A DNA stretch of 64,000 nucleotides, taken from Octopus vulgaris. Lineage: Eukaryota. This document shows, in pieces, positions 39,031-53,772 of this stretch. The stretch lies in contig OX597818.1 of the NCBI GenBank assembly GCA_951406725.2, forward strand, positions 107,198,001 to 107,262,000. Direction: 5' to 3'. Under the pieces are notes generated by a model. The model made no database searches, was not told the origin of the DNA, and saw only the letters and a list, made by a program, of their open reading frames with translations. A program made the position numbers and the translations under genes. Within the stretch, counting starts at the first letter, position 1. Each line of letters starts with the position of its first letter.

Positions 39031-41854
39031 CAAGACACAGCCAAATAAGTTAACTCTTAGTATTAACAGAGATTTCTCACTAATACCACTTTGGTAAATC
39101 GGTTCCATTGTGGGACAAATTATTCTGCTATTTCACAGGATCTTTTTATCTAGCTCTCATCTTGTCAGATCATTTGATAGAATTGTTTTCCATTCTTTTA
39201 AAATATACCCCTGTAGTAATTCCTCAGAATTAAATTTCAGATAGAATCCAAAATCAATAAAATATGTTTTTTTTTATGACTGTATTATGCAAATGGAACT
39301 TTTATTGACTTATAGAATGAACAAAAAATTCTATTATATTTTGCTTTGAAATCATAGATTTAGTTTTTCTTAGCTTCTAGAACTCTTCCTTAGTACCTAT
39401 TAACAATATTAGAAATCTTTAAAAGAACTCTACATATATTTCCTAGGGACTGTAGTCTTTTAAAATTTTGAAATTTCATTGTACTTCATCTGTATTTTAA
39501 CAGTTCCAGAAGATTTGGAAGTGACATCAATCATGGCAAGATATGAACTTAGAGTAGAGAAATGTGTAACTAAACTGCACAAGACAATTGATCCATGACT
39601 CTACCATCTCTGTCACTTCCACCTTTATAATAGCCAAAACCTAATGCAGACAACAGTAAACATAAGAAGGTAAGAATCTAAAAAGAAAATATTTCTCTTT
39701 TGAGGTATATTTCAATCTTTTAAAATAAGGAACTAACTCTATCAAGATTCCTTAAAAGACACTCCTATCTGGAAATGAAAGGACATTTTCTATAAAGAGT
39801 TGCAAGATACTCTTTAAATCAGATAAATGCAAATGTTTGGGGTTTTGTTCTGATTTTAAATATCTCGTTTCTTCCTCTTTCTACTTTCCAAGCAAGCTTT
39901 TACCTATTTTCTTTAATGCTATCAACAATCTGAAAATTTTGCTATTTGCCTCACTGAGGATATCGCTTATTTCCTAAGACTCCAGAATTATAGATCAATA
40001 ACTTATTTATTCAGAGAATAGAAAAATGCTAACATCCATCATAGCTAACCAAACACAATCAATTCTTATCATCCATCTAAACAAAATGTATGTGAAAGAG
40101 GATCATATTGATACAATGATGCAATCTTTATTCACAAAAATCTCTTTAAGATATTGTAAATTCAAACCCTGTGATCTCGGAATTGGTTGGATTGACGATA
40201 AAGAAATAATCAACATGTCTCTCACAAATCGACAGTAAAATTCTTTGACACTCACAAACCATTCGCTGATTTAATAACACAAACCCGTATGAAAGGATTG
40301 CTCTGTAGATAGATATATATTACAATAATGGAAGCAAGCTAATATCTCAAATGCTACTGGATCACTCGAAATTTCATTTACATTCATGAGTAGAATGGGT
40401 CAAGTAAGTCAGACTAGTGGAAGCTTACCTTATGGCTATTAATTGTGGCTGACTTCAAAGGTCTGAAGATTTGGACTTTTAAAGGAGAGAACATGATCAG
40501 TTGTAATATTCAGATTTTTCTGGAGCTCATTTAACATACATGTGAGGGAACGACTCCAATAGAAAAACATAACTACATTGTAAGCTGAGAGCCGGCTTCC
40601 CCACAGTAGGTCTTCTCAGTGAATGTAAATCTTTTCATTTGCAGTTGATTTGCTCTAATAAAGAATCGCTTTATTCAGAAATATAATCCTTTTGTTAATG
40701 ACCACTGATTATTTCAGTAAGTTGTTCAAGAGAGTAATAGTCTAACAGAGGCCATTTAAGATGAAGGTTTATATACAAAGCATCACATGAACCCTGTATA
40801 ACAACCACACTTAATAACAGAGTATAAAACCCATTAAGGATTTTTTACTGTTATACAGTTTTATAGTTTATGATGCAGCACCAACTTTGTTGCCATATAT
40901 TTGGTCCTTTATGGTGGTGAGCTAGTAGAGCTGTTAGCATACGGGGCAAAATGCATTTTGTACATCTTTATGTTCTGAGCTAAAGTTCAATGCAGGTTGA
41001 ATGTCCCTTTCATTCTTTGGGGCTTAATAAGTACCAGTTAAACACTGGGGTTGATATAATCAACTTACACCCCCCCCCAAATTGCTGGCCTTGTGCAAAA
41101 CTAAATCTAAGACTAATATTTGGCCCTTTACATTATGAGTTCAATCTTGATAATTTTAACATTTATCGTCTTAGGATCAATAAAATAGAAAACCACCCAA
41201 GTACTGGTCCTCCATTTAATTGCCTACATGTTTCCATTAAATTTGTAACTATGAATTAATGTTAGAAATTAGTGTAGATACTCATTTCTATTTTCCCTTT
41301 TTTTTTCATTCCTTATAATGTGACAGAATCTCAGACATTCATATTTCATTCTTTTTGCAAAATTACTGAAGACATAGAATAGAAATGCTGGTTCCTGAAA
41401 ATAAAGAACTTGAAATGTATAACATATTGTTATTGATTTTCTGTTTCAGAGTCATTACATAAATCTAGAACTTTACAAAGGAGAAGAACATTTAAATTTT
41501 CTCTGTAAAACATGATATTTACCATTTTTTGTAACATTGCAGAATGTAAAAGCATTAAAGCCCTTTCCTCATACCACAGATTAAGTATTGCTTCACAAAA
41601 TATGCAAAAGAAATTGAAAAATAAATTGGATTGTAACAGATTCAGTTTTAAAAGTCAATTAATTCCTTAAATAATTGATGAATTGGATAATATCTATGTT
41701 TGTGTAATTTGCAGTGGACAATGTTGGCAATAAATTTTCTTACAATATTCCTGCATTTAATGAAGTCTTTTAGAAATAAAATAGAGACATGGTACATATA
41801 ATACTTTTTATCAAATGTGATATATTATGAATAAATTCATTAGAAAAAATTATG

Positions 41855-42100
41855 CAATGCTGGTGACTTGTAAAAGGCACTGGTGCCTCTTGAAAATCAC
41901 CTGTGTTGGTGCCACATGAAAATCACCCATGCTGGTGTCACATAAAACACATCCAGTGCCACTCTGTAAAGTGGTTGGTGTTAGGAAGGGCATCCAGCTG
42001 TAGAAACCATCCAAAAACAAGCAGTTGGAGCCTGATACAACTCTCCAGTTTGCCAGAACCTGTCAAATTATCCAACCCATGCCAGCATGGAAAACAGAAA
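41855..42100 (+). mobile_element. RTE 3' fragment
   Basis: gtggttggtgttaggaagggcatccagctgtagaaac...tccaacccatgccagcatggaaaa. Confidence 0.85.
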
Positions 42101-42439
42101 TGTTTTATTTTATGTGGGGAGACCACTGGGGGCAGCAGTATTTAAGGTATGGCTGTACAAAGGAGGAGAAAAGAGAAATGATGACATCTTGTTCTCTGGA
42201 TCAGAAGGTTCTTAGGATCTAGGAGCAATACTTCTCCATTGATTATTTTCTGGATCTTGGAGTCATCAGGAATATTTTTACTTTGCTGGGTTTATGACAC
42301 TTGAAATATCGTTTATATTGATTATAAACAGAAGTGGGCTCAAAACAGTCCTTTGAGGGGCACCACTGGTCACAACATGTTCTGATCAGCAGTGTATATG
42401 CATATGTGTATATATACGTGGGTGTATGACACTTAAAAC

Positions 42440-42692
42440 CTAGTGGCACATAAAAAGCACCAACCATTCAAATGTGGTCGATGCCAGTACCGTCTGATTG
42501 CCCCTCATGCTGGTGGCACATAAAAATCACTCACTTCACTCTCAGAGTGGTTGGCGTTAGGAAGGGCATCCAGCTGTAGAAACTTTATCAGATCAGATTG
42601 AGCCTGGTGCAACCTTCTGGCTTGCCAGTCCTCAGTCAAACCGTCCAACCCATGCCAGCATGAAAAGCAGAAATTAATGATGATGAGGATGA
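42440..42692 (+). mobile_element. RTE 3' fragment with (GAT)n tail
   Basis: Same terminus as 4730-4918. Confidence 0.88.
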
Positions 42693-42740
42693 TATATATA
42701 TATATATATATATGCCTATCTGTCTGTCTGTTTTGCTCTC

Positions 42741-42868
<128 letters not shown>

Positions 42869-42882
42869 GCAGACAGACATAC

Positions 42883-43044
42883 AATAGGCTTCTTTCAGTT
42901 TCTGTCAACCAAATCCACTTGCAAAACTTTGGTTGGTTTAAGGCTATAGTAGAAGACATTTGCCCAAAGCACTGATCAGTAGGACTGAACAAGGAACCAT
43001 GTGATTGGGAAGCAAGCTTCTTACTACGCAGCCATGCCTGCACC
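42883..43044 (-). mobile_element. SINE family A, 5' half, abutting compound (CT)n(TA)n(GA)n microsatellite 42693-42870
   Basis: Reverse complement of the SINE head (ggcttctttcagtttctgtc.accaaatccact...gaaccatgtg.ttgggaagcaagcttcttac). Confidence 0.82.
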
Positions 43045-44974
43045 GATATATAAGTATTATGAAGTATACATTACTGTAAATGGAATCATAGAAACATGAC
43101 AAAAATTCCTGAATGTACATACATTGCAAAATTGAAGAGTCCCATAGTCAAACATTATGAAGAATTCTCTTCATGCAAAACAGTTATACCTCAGTATCAT
43201 AGACGTGAAGATTAAAATAAATCTAAAAATATCTTTAAGCAATCAATAAAAGTCACGTAAAACTTGAGAAACACTTTGGAACCAATGTCAGTCATGTGAT
43301 TGTTACAGAACAAAAAATATATGCAAAGTGAAGATCTGCTTCAGTTTCAATTCCTGGTTGAGGTTCGCTTTCGTTACAAATGTAATAATATTTGGCATGA
43401 ATTTCAAATCTGTCATTCCTATCTCCCCCAACAATCATAAAGCTTGTAACTTTAGCAGAAAAGATATTAGAGAGATACTAGTGTCAATCATTGAAAGCTA
43501 TATCCAGCAGTAAATAGGAGGATTTGCTTTTGATATCAGTTATATTTCAGTAATATAAATTATTATCCATCATACTTGACTAATACAATCTGTCCCGATG
43601 TGCTGAATTATCCATATTTAATAATTTACATAAATTTTTTTGTTTCATAATACTATTTTTATCGTATTAAAATATAATTTGTACTTGTCAGGTGTCTTAA
43701 CTAGGCTTTGAGATATTTTAGTACAGCAGATTGAAAAGTAGCAAAAACGAATTGTCCAGCTGGACTAAATGACTTGCAGTATTCTCTTTTACTAGTTCTA
43801 CATGAGATATTAACAAAAGATTTGACTGAGGCCAACTTTGCTTCCACCGTTCCAATGTCGGTAAAATACCATTGTAGATATAATCAACTGTTCTTACCAA
43901 CCGAAATTTGAAGTTTTTGTGCCAAACAAATAATTCTTATAACTTTATGATATTTATATCTAAATTACATATTAATTTGTTCATTCTCTGATTACAATTT
44001 AGTACCTTGTTTCTAGGCATAAGTATTGGTAAGCTAATGTAGTGATTCCTTATTAGTAAACTAAACTACTGGTATATCTATTATCCAAATCCAGACTGAT
44101 TAATACACCAGTAACTTAGTTTGAAGTCTAAGAATAAGACATCTACAGTCAGATGTTTATTTTTCAACTTCATTCTGGAGGAATGACCGTTCTATATTCC
44201 CAGACATCCCATAACAAATGAAGGGGAGGTATATTTGATATACAGTTTGAACAGCTGCAGGTAAGTGTCCGAGGAAAATGTTGAGAGGTGGGGGAGAGAA
44301 TTCCAAAGGGTTTCATATTCTTGTGTGGAAGGTCTAAGCATAAAGGAAAGAGCATAGATTGTGAAAAGAAACAGAAAATGGTCAGAGGAAGGAAGAGGAA
44401 TGAAATGGCTTAAATGACAGCAGCAAGGTATTAATGGTTGGGGTAAGAGGTAGATTGAGAAAGACAGCCCAGGTAAGGGCCTCATGGAAGGAGAGTATCA
44501 GTGAGTCTTTGTCTTGCATTTACCTGTTCAGTTTCTTTTAACGTGGTTTAAAGGGTCTAGAGTGATGCATTCCTTTAGGTGACTGGGAAGGATGAAGCAA
44601 AGCATCAGGTCAAAAACACTAAAAAGCAAAGGTTTGAATCGTTAACATCATCTAAATAAATACTCTCCTCCTCTAATTGTTAAATGAGAATTGTATTTAT
44701 ATATGTAGAAACACACACAGGTGTATATGTATATGCTTGCATGTAGGTATGTTTGTGTGTGTATGTGTGTGTGTGTGTGTGTGTGCATGCTTTATACACA
44801 TCAGCATAAATCAGAAGCGCTGAAATAGATTTATAAATTACCAAGCCTTATTGTGAGTTAAATAAGAATGTAAACACATTCTGTTTTTGCACATCAACAG
44901 AGTAGAAAGAATGTAGTCACATTTTTATTTAACCTGCAGCAAGGATTTATAATGTTTATGCATATCCATACGTA

Positions 44975-45020
44975 TATCTATATCTATTTATCTCTCTCTC
45001 TCTCTATCTATCTATCTCTC

Positions 45021-45103
<83 letters not shown>

Positions 45104-45202
45104 CTCTATATCTATCTATCCGTCTATCTATCCATCTATCTATCTGTCTATCTATCCATCTATCTATCTATCTAACTATCTATCTATCCATCTATCTATC
45201 CG

Positions 45203-45260
<58 letters not shown>

Positions 45261-45308
45261 AATCTATCTATCTATCTATCTCTCTCTCTATATCTATCTA
45301 TCTCTCTA

Positions 45309-45340
<32 letters not shown>

Positions 45341-45382
45341 CGTCTATCTATCTATCTATCTATCCGTCTATCTATCTATCCG

Positions 45383-45453
<71 letters not shown>

Positions 45454-45465
45454 GTCTATCTATTT
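44975..45465. repeat. (TCTA)n tetranucleotide array, ~490 bp
   Basis: Directly visible. Confidence 0.97.
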
Positions 45466-46269
45466 AACTATGCTTTATACATACATATGTATGCATTCAT
45501 ATATATATATAAGCATGCATGCCTGTGATTGTACATGTGTCAGTGTGTGTGTGTGTGTGTAACATTTTTGGTGTATTCTTCGAGGTTATCACAATAATTT
45601 ATCTGGTATTTGAGGAGGATTTTCTTAATGCTAACATGTCTTAGTATTTTCGTGTTTAGTTTCATTAAATAGTTTTCTTCCCTTGATATTTATCCATTCT
45701 CCTCTGGCCTTTCACTCTGTTGATCTCACAGCAAGCTTAATGTCACTACAATGGTATGGCGGATGGTATGGATAGAGAGAAGGAGAGAGAGAGAGAGAGA
45801 GACAGACAGAGAGAAAGAGCTGTTGTAAGAGGAGGCCAAAGCTGACAAAGTAGTCAGACAACCCACTGAAAGGTTACACATTACAAATCTGATTCTCCTG
45901 AAGACTGGTTTTAAAAGTTTCTCTACATGGTCACTCACCCTACTAGAAATAGCAGATAAATATCCCACAGCTCACACTCTACCATCTTAAAAGAGGAAAG
46001 ACACATTGGATAAGTTAGTTAGAATTAAGTTAGAATGTTTCCTGACCAAAAGTCAGGTTCGTCATGGGTGGAATGTCAGCTCTGATAGAATTAACCAGGA
46101 GCTAAATAATAACCATATGGTTGTTTTGTTATTTAGCTTCATCCCAAAATAACAAAAACATAGGTTCATGGTTTCAATTACTCACAAAGTGTTCTCATGT
46201 TAACCTTGAGTCTTGAACCCAGCTGATCTCTTATCAAAATTACTCACAGGACAGCCTGCTGTGCTTACC

Positions 46270-46696
46270 TTGGAATCTAGGGTGACCTGCTGTGCTTGAG
46301 GAGACCTATTGAGTCAAGTACATCAACATAAAAAAATCAAATGGAAATTGTAGTTGTGATACCTGTGCTGGTGGCATGTAAAAAGCACCATCCGAACGTG
46401 GCCAATGACAGCGCCGCCTTGACTGGCTTCCATGCCAGTGGCATGTAAAAGCACCGACCGATAGTGGCCATTGCCAGCGTCCCCTGGCACCTGTGCTGGT
46501 GGCATGGAAAAAGCACCCACTACACTCTCGGACTGGTTGGCGTTAGAAAGGGCATCCAGCTGTAGAAGCACTGCCAGATCAGACTGAAGCCTGGTGCAGC
46601 CTCCTGGCTTCCCAGACCCCGACCGAACCGTCCAACCCATGCTAGCATGGAAAACGGATGTTAAACGATGCTGATGATGATGATGATGATGATGAC
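46270..46696 (+). mobile_element. RTE 3' UTR fragment with (GAT)n tail
   Basis: gacctattgag.caagt...aaaagcaccatccgaacgtggcc...ccgtccaacccatgctagcatggaaaacgg. Confidence 0.9.
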
Positions 46697-46964
46697 ATCT
46701 TTATTTCTAAGTAGAATGGGTCGTAGGTCCTTCTTTTCCAGTATGTCCTCAAGTTTTAAAGATGATGGTGACTCATATCTGATAGATTTAGTTGCAATTT
46801 CTAATAAGTTGAGGGTCCACATAGAGACTCCTTTGCTGAATTTCTTTCAATTTTAAGATAAGTCATTTACTGCAATAATTCTTCATGAGTGACATGACCA
46901 ATCAATCTTTTATATCTAGAGCAGGGGTTTCCAATTGTGGATCCCAAGGGCCACATGCAGCTTG

Positions 46965-48030
46965 TGTGTGCATGTATGTGTGTGTATGTATGTGTGTGTA
47001 TGTGTGTATGTATGTGTGTGTATGTATGTGTGTGTGTGTTTGTGTGTATGTATGTACGTGTGTTTATGTATGTATGTGTGTTTGTATGTATGTGTGTTTG
47101 TATGTATGTATGCATGTATGTATGTGTGTTTGTGTGTATGTGTGTATGTATGTATGCATGTATGTGTGTTTGTGTGTATGTGTGTATGTATGTATGCATG
47201 TATGTGTTTGTGTGTATGTGTGTATGTATGTATGTGTGTTTGTGTATCTATATATGTATGTGTGTTTGTGTGTATGTATGTAAGTAAAGTAACCCCCCCC
47301 CCATGGTCTTCCAACAATAATTTTGTTTCTTTAATTCACTTGTGTGTTTACTCCTTTTGGAGTGGACCCCTAAAAATCCAGGTTTGGGATCTTATCCAGG
47401 TATTGAAAAGATTCAGAATCACTGACCAAGATGTCTAGATTTGTTTATGGGGCTGGAATTTGCTATTTCAAATTTCCTCAAGTTGACCTTTCCTTACATT
47501 TCACTTTTCTTTTTTTTTTTTCATTCTTTCTTCTAAGAATTCTCTTTAATTACAAATTATCAGTTTTTACAAATTATCAACTTTATATCTTTTATCCAAC
47601 CATGCTGGAGCACCATTCTAAAGAATTTCAGTTAAACAAATGGAGCCCCAGGATTTATTTTTTTTTAAAGCATGGTACTTATTTTATCAGTCCTTTTTGC
47701 TGAAATGTTAAGTTACAATCATGTAAATACACAAACACAGGGTTGTCAAGCTGCAGTGGGGGGGGGGGGGGGAGAAACGGAAACACAAAGGCACATACAT
47801 ACACACATACATACACACATGCATGCATACATACATATATACATACATACATTCATACATGCACACATACACACACATACATACACATTCACACACATAC
47901 ATACATCCACACACATACATACACACATATATACACACACACATATATACACACACACATAATACATGAATGCATGCATACATACATACATACATACATA
48001 CATACATACATACATACATACATGCATACA
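46965..48030. repeat. (TGTA/TG)n array 46965-47282 and complementary (TACA/CA)n array 47790-48030, with a SINE A 3' half on the minus strand (~47595-47790)
   Basis: Directly visible; ccatgctggagcacc marks the SINE tail. Confidence 0.85.
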
Positions 48031-48150
48031 TAGTTGGAGCACTAGGTTTCGTTAGTAAATGCTTAAAGGAGAATCTGGATAAACTGGGATTTTCAGAATG
48101 TGAAATCAACCAGCTAATTCGTACATTACAAGTGCAATCTATGAGTGGAA
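48030..48150 (+). mobile_element. C-terminal coding fragment of an RLE-type (R2/R4-group) non-LTR element
   Basis: IVGALGFVSKCLKENLDKLGFSECEINQLIRTLQVQSMSG resembles the IVGALG motif at the end of restriction-like endonuclease domains; starts immediately after (CATA)n. Confidence 0.65.
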
Positions 48151-48154
48151 AAGA

Positions 48155-50222
48155 TTTGCTATCTGTTCTTTCATAATGTGGTTGTTATCTTTTCTTCGTA
48201 AGGTGGTTGCTATCCGTTCTTCAAATTGTGGTTGCTATCTGTTCATCATAATTTGGCTGCTATCTTTTCTTCATGATGTGGTTGCTATCCGTTCTTCACA
48301 ATGTCGTTGCTATCTGTTCATCATAATTTGGCTGCTATCTTTTCTTCATAATGTGGTTGCTATCCATTCTTCATAATTTGGCTGCTATCCGTTCTTTCAT
48401 AATGTGGTTGCTATCCGTTCTTCATAATTTGGTTGCTATCCTTTCTTCATAATGTGGTTGCTATCCGTTCCTCATAATGTGGTTGGTATCCGTTCTTCAT
48501 AATGTGGTTGCTATCCGTTCTTTCATAATATGGTTGCTATCCGTTTTTTCATAATGTGGTTGCTATCCGTTCTTCATAATTTGGCTGCTATCTTTTCTTC
48601 ATAATGTGGTTGTTATCCGTTCTTTCATAATGTGGTTGCTATCCATTCTTTCATAATGTGGTTGCTATCCATTCTTTCATAATGTGGTTGCTATCCATTC
48701 TTCATAATTTGGCTGCTATCTTTTCTTCATAATGTGGTTGCTATCCATTCTTTCATAATGTGGTTGCTATTCATTCTTCATAATTTGGCTGCTATCTTTT
48801 CTTCATAATGTGGTTGCTATCCCTTCTTTCATAATGTGGTTGCTATCCATTCTTTCATAATGTGGTTGCTATCTGTTCATCATAATTTGGCTGCTATCTT
48901 TTCTTCATAATGTGGTTGCTAATCGTTCTTTCATAATGTGGTTGCTATCCGTTCTTTCATAATGTGGTTGCTATCCGTTCTTTCATAATGTGGTTGCTAT
49001 CCGTTCTTCATAATTTGGCTGCTATCTTTTCTTCATAATGTGGTTGCTATCCGTTCTTCATAATTTGGCTGCTATCTTTTCTTCATAATGTAGTTGCTAT
49101 CCGTTCTTCATAATTTGTCTGCTATCTTTTCTTCATAATGTGGTTGCTATCCGTTCTTCATAATTTGGCTGCTATCTTTTCTTCATAATGTGGTTGCTAT
49201 CCATTCTTTCATAATGTGGTTGCTATCCGTTCTTTCATAATGTGGTTGCTAACTTTTCCTCATAATGTGGTTGCTATCTGTTCTTTCATAATTTGGCTGC
49301 TATCCGTTCTTCATAATTTGGCTGCCATCTTTTCTTCATAATGTGGTTGCTATCCGTTCTGTCATAATGTGGTTGCTATCCGCTCTTTCATAATGTGGTT
49401 GCTATCCGTTCTTCATAATTTGTCTGCTATCTTTTCTTCATAATGTGGTTGCTATCCGTTCTTTCATAATGTGGTTGCTATCCGTTCTTCATAATTTGGC
49501 TGCTATCTTTTCTTCATAATGTGGTTGCTATCCATTCTTCATAATGTGGTTGCTATCCATTCTTCATAATTTGTCTGCTATCTTTTCTTCATAATGTGGT
49601 TGCGATCTGTTCTTCATAATGTGGTTGCTATCCGTTCTTCATAATTTGGCTGCTATCTGTTCTTCATAATGTGGTTGCGATCTGTTCTTCATAATGTGGT
49701 TGCTATCCGTTCTTCATAATTTGGCTGCTATCTTTTCTTCATAATTTGGCTGCTATCTTTGCTTCATAATGTCGTTGCTATCCGTTCTTCATAATGTGGT
49801 TGCTATTCGTTCTTCATAATTTGGCTGCTATCTTTTCTTCATAATGTGGTTGCTATCTGTTCTTCATAATGTGGTTGCTATCCGTTCTTCATAATTTGGC
49901 TGCTATCTTTTCTTCATAATTTGGCTGCTATCTTTGCTTCATAATGTGGTTGTGATCTGTTCTTCATAATGTGGTTGCTATTCGTTCTTCATAATGTGGT
50001 TGCTATCTGTTCTTTCACAATGTGGTTGCTATCTGTTCTTTCATAATGTGGTTGCTATCTGTTCTTCATAATTCTGTTGCTATCTGTTCTTTCATAATGT
50101 GGTTGTTATCTGTACTTCAAAATTTGGTTGCTATCCGTTCTTCATAATTTGGTTGCTATCTATTCTTCCTAATGTGGTTGCTACCTGTTCTTCATAATTT
50201 TGTTGCTATCTGTTCTTCAATA
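48155..50222. repeat. 25/26-bp minisatellite, ~80 copies, two alternating unit types
   Basis: Units cataatgtggttgctatccgttctt(t) and cataatttggctgctatcttttctt. Confidence 0.98.
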
Positions 50223-50774
50223 TGTTTATCAACAACCACCACTCTTAATATTTCCCAATTCTTAAAAGGATTAATAAAAATTGTAAAGAGCTATACAGTT
50301 ATATCCCTTTACATTCTGAGTTAGAATTCTGCTGGAATGGACTGCCATTCTTGGAGTTGATCATGTGTCTCCCCCATAGTCAATCATCTGCAACCACTCC
50401 TTACAAATGTGTTGGCCTTGTGTCAAGTTAGACATCAATATTTCTAAATTATTGCAAATTTTATTTTTTATTACAGCTATTTTTGGTGTTGTTTTGTTGT
50501 TGTTTTAGTCCTTCTGTAATAAAAGTCTTGGAACCAAATATAATGAGATAACAACTATGATTGCATAATTTCCTTCAACTACAAATCATTTAACCTTAAA
50601 CATAACATTTGACCTGCTGATATCTCTTCGTTTTTTTATTATCTTTTTCAAATACACAAGAAACTTCATAAATGTAAAGAATTAGAAGATTAATTTTTTT
50701 TATTTTTCTGTTTATTTTTATGGCGAATTCTATATCATTAAAATATTAAAACAAACACCATCTACATATATATG

Positions 50775-50878
50775 TGTGTATGTAGATATGTGTGTGTGTG
50801 TGTGTAGGGAGAGAGAGAGGGAGAGAGAGAGATATATAAATAGATAGATATATAGATAGACAAATAGACAGATAGATT

Positions 50879-50915
<37 letters not shown>

Positions 50916-51093
50916 GTAGATGGGTAGATAGATAGATGGATAGATGGATAGATAGATAGATAGATAGATAGACAGATAGATAAATAGATGGATGATAGAT
51001 AGACAGATAGACAGACAGACAGACAGACAGATAGATAGATGGATAAATAGATGGATGATAGATAGATTCACTTATGTATACACACATATATAC

Positions 51094-51131
<38 letters not shown>

Positions 51132-51647
51132 CACATATATACATGCAAGTATGGGTGCACGTGTGTGTGTGTGTGTGTATGTGTGTGTACATGCTAAAGC
51201 CAGAATGTCTTCAACCAAGTACAGAGTAAACTGCTATAAATGCCGAGTACTGCCACAGCAAACGAATGCAACAAAGCAACAACAACATGCAACTGGCCCC
51301 ATGAATTAAGTAACAGCAAAGACGCAACTGCAGTTTGCGAAATTTCTCACAAAACAAAAGCAAATAAAACATTGTTTTTTTGTTGTTGTTTTAACTTTTG
51401 TTTAATTCTTCATCCTTTTCTCACCTTGGTTTTGTTTCATATGTCATCTCTCAGTGTTGTCAATAGAACACCTCTTGTGTTTTGCAATGATTATATATAT
51501 ATCTAAACATACATACATAAATAAATACATACATACATATATACATATATACATACACACACACGTATATATAGTAAAGAGATGGTATAAGTAAAGTGGT
51601 ATATATATATATGTATATATATATATATTTATATATCTTTCACTCTC

Positions 51648-51731
<84 letters not shown>

Positions 51732-52087
51732 CATACACACATACATATGTATATGTGTATGTATGTATGTATGTATGTATGTATGTATGTATATATGTAT
51801 GTATGTATGTATGTATGCATGTATGTATGTATGACGTATGTGATAGTAAATATTCATGGAGGAGACAGAAAGGAATTAAAGAAGAGATATTTGTCAATTG
51901 AAATCTGTTTTTGAAACAATTCAATTGTATTCATGCACTATTATTAGTTTTACTCGGCAAAGATATCTGATAATAAAACAGGAAAAATTTAAATAGAAAC
52001 ATAATCAAAACATCATCAGCATCATCAGCATCATAAATAACAAGAACAACACACTTATATGTATGTGTATTTGTATGTATACACAGG

Positions 52088-52119
<32 letters not shown>

Positions 52120-52144
52120 AATATATAAATATATAGATATATAA

Positions 52145-52188
<44 letters not shown>

Positions 52189-52195
52189 TCACATA
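50775..52195. repeat. Cluster of compound microsatellites ((TAGA)n 50840-51066, (CA)n, (CT)n, (TA)n, (TATG)n)
   Basis: Directly visible. Confidence 0.92.
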
Positions 52196-53739
52196 CTTGC
52201 AAGAATAAGAAATAATCATTTTCTAAGTCCAAATAGTATTCCTATGGAAATAAGTTTTTATTGGTTTTTTTAATTAAACTTGAAGAAAACTTTTAAAGAA
52301 AACTTTTGTAATATCTGTTTGCTGTGTGTGCCTGTGTGTGTGTGTGTGTGTATGGTTATGTTTTGTGTGCACGTGTGTGTATGTTTGTGCATGAGTTTAG
52401 TGCGTTTGAGTGTGGGTGAGTGTGTAGTATATGAAGATAATAATAAGGATAGAAAAACTCAAGCAGAAGAAATAATAATGTGTAATAATAGTAATGATGA
52501 TGTCGATAAATGTACGTATCTATGGTAGTAGTAGCAGTCGTAGCAGCAGCAGCAGCAGCAGCAAGAAAATGGTAAAAAAATAACTGAAACAAAATATAAA
52601 GTTAATATGATAATACTAAGAGCATAAAAAAAGAAGGAGGAGGAGGAAAAAATATTAAGAAAGTGTAAAAAAAAAAAAAAGAAGAAATATAGGGAAAAGA
52701 GTAAAGATGAAAGATCTTTCGTTTCATTTGTTTCCATTCGTAGACAGAAAGTCCCCAGCTGAAAATTATCCAAGAGGCTTAGAAAAGCAATTTAGTAAAA
52801 ATAAATTATTAGTTGAGTAAGATCAGAGAAACAAAATAATCAAGAAAGAAAGAAAAAGAATTTAGGCGGAGGGGGGGGGGAGAAATATATATAATTTGTG
52901 CTGGAAAATAAAATTTATCCTCTCGACAACAATAACAGCAACAACATTTGTAATATTATTGAAAAAAAGAGGAGGCAGAGGGGGAGGGTGACAGTGACAA
53001 TAATGACGACGACGATGATGATGATGATGATGATAACAATAACAATATTAGGAATTGTTGTCATTGACGCTGTTGTCGTCATTGGCGTCTCCACTGACAT
53101 CCTCGTTGTCATCATCGTCATCATCTGCGTCATTATCATAGATGCTGTTGCCATCATCATCATCATCATCATCATCGTCATCGTCGTCATCACTATCATG
53201 ATCGATCAGCTCTACTCCCCATTGGTAAAAGACAGCAGAGTGGGTGGGGGGCTGGAAGTCAAGAAATGTATGTTATCAATAAGATTTGGAGCCAAAATAG
53301 CTAACTGCATCAAAAGCTTGCACAGAACTGACTACTAACAGGTTGCAAGATGAGTTAACCGATGAGAACAATCGAGAATTTGATTTGGTTAACGAAATAA
53401 TAAATAATAAATAAAAATTAAATAACATATACAAAAACAAAACCATAATCAAAGGAAAATGGGAAGCACTACAAAGGAAGTTCTGCTGTTAATTCCATCT
53501 TGGAATGACTCTTGCCGTTTTTTTTTTTTTTTGCATCGTTTTATTTATCTTTTTTTTTACTTTTGGTCTGTTTTGTTATTTCTTTACATACACATTCTGT
53601 GTGTGTGTATGTGTGTGTGTGCATGTGTTTGTGTGTTGTGTGTGCATGTGTGTGTGCATGTGTGTGTGTGCATGTGTGTGCAGGTACACTCACAAACACA
53701 CACACACGCGTGTGTACACATGCATATGAGTATCTACAA

Positions 53740-53772
<33 letters not shown>

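Noticed and set aside
44240-44266. Strong donor CAG|GTAAGT suggesting a micro-exon
   Set aside because: No polypyrimidine tract upstream and no supporting reading frame.
48155-50222. CRISPR-like array
   Set aside because: Contiguous tandem units with no spacers.
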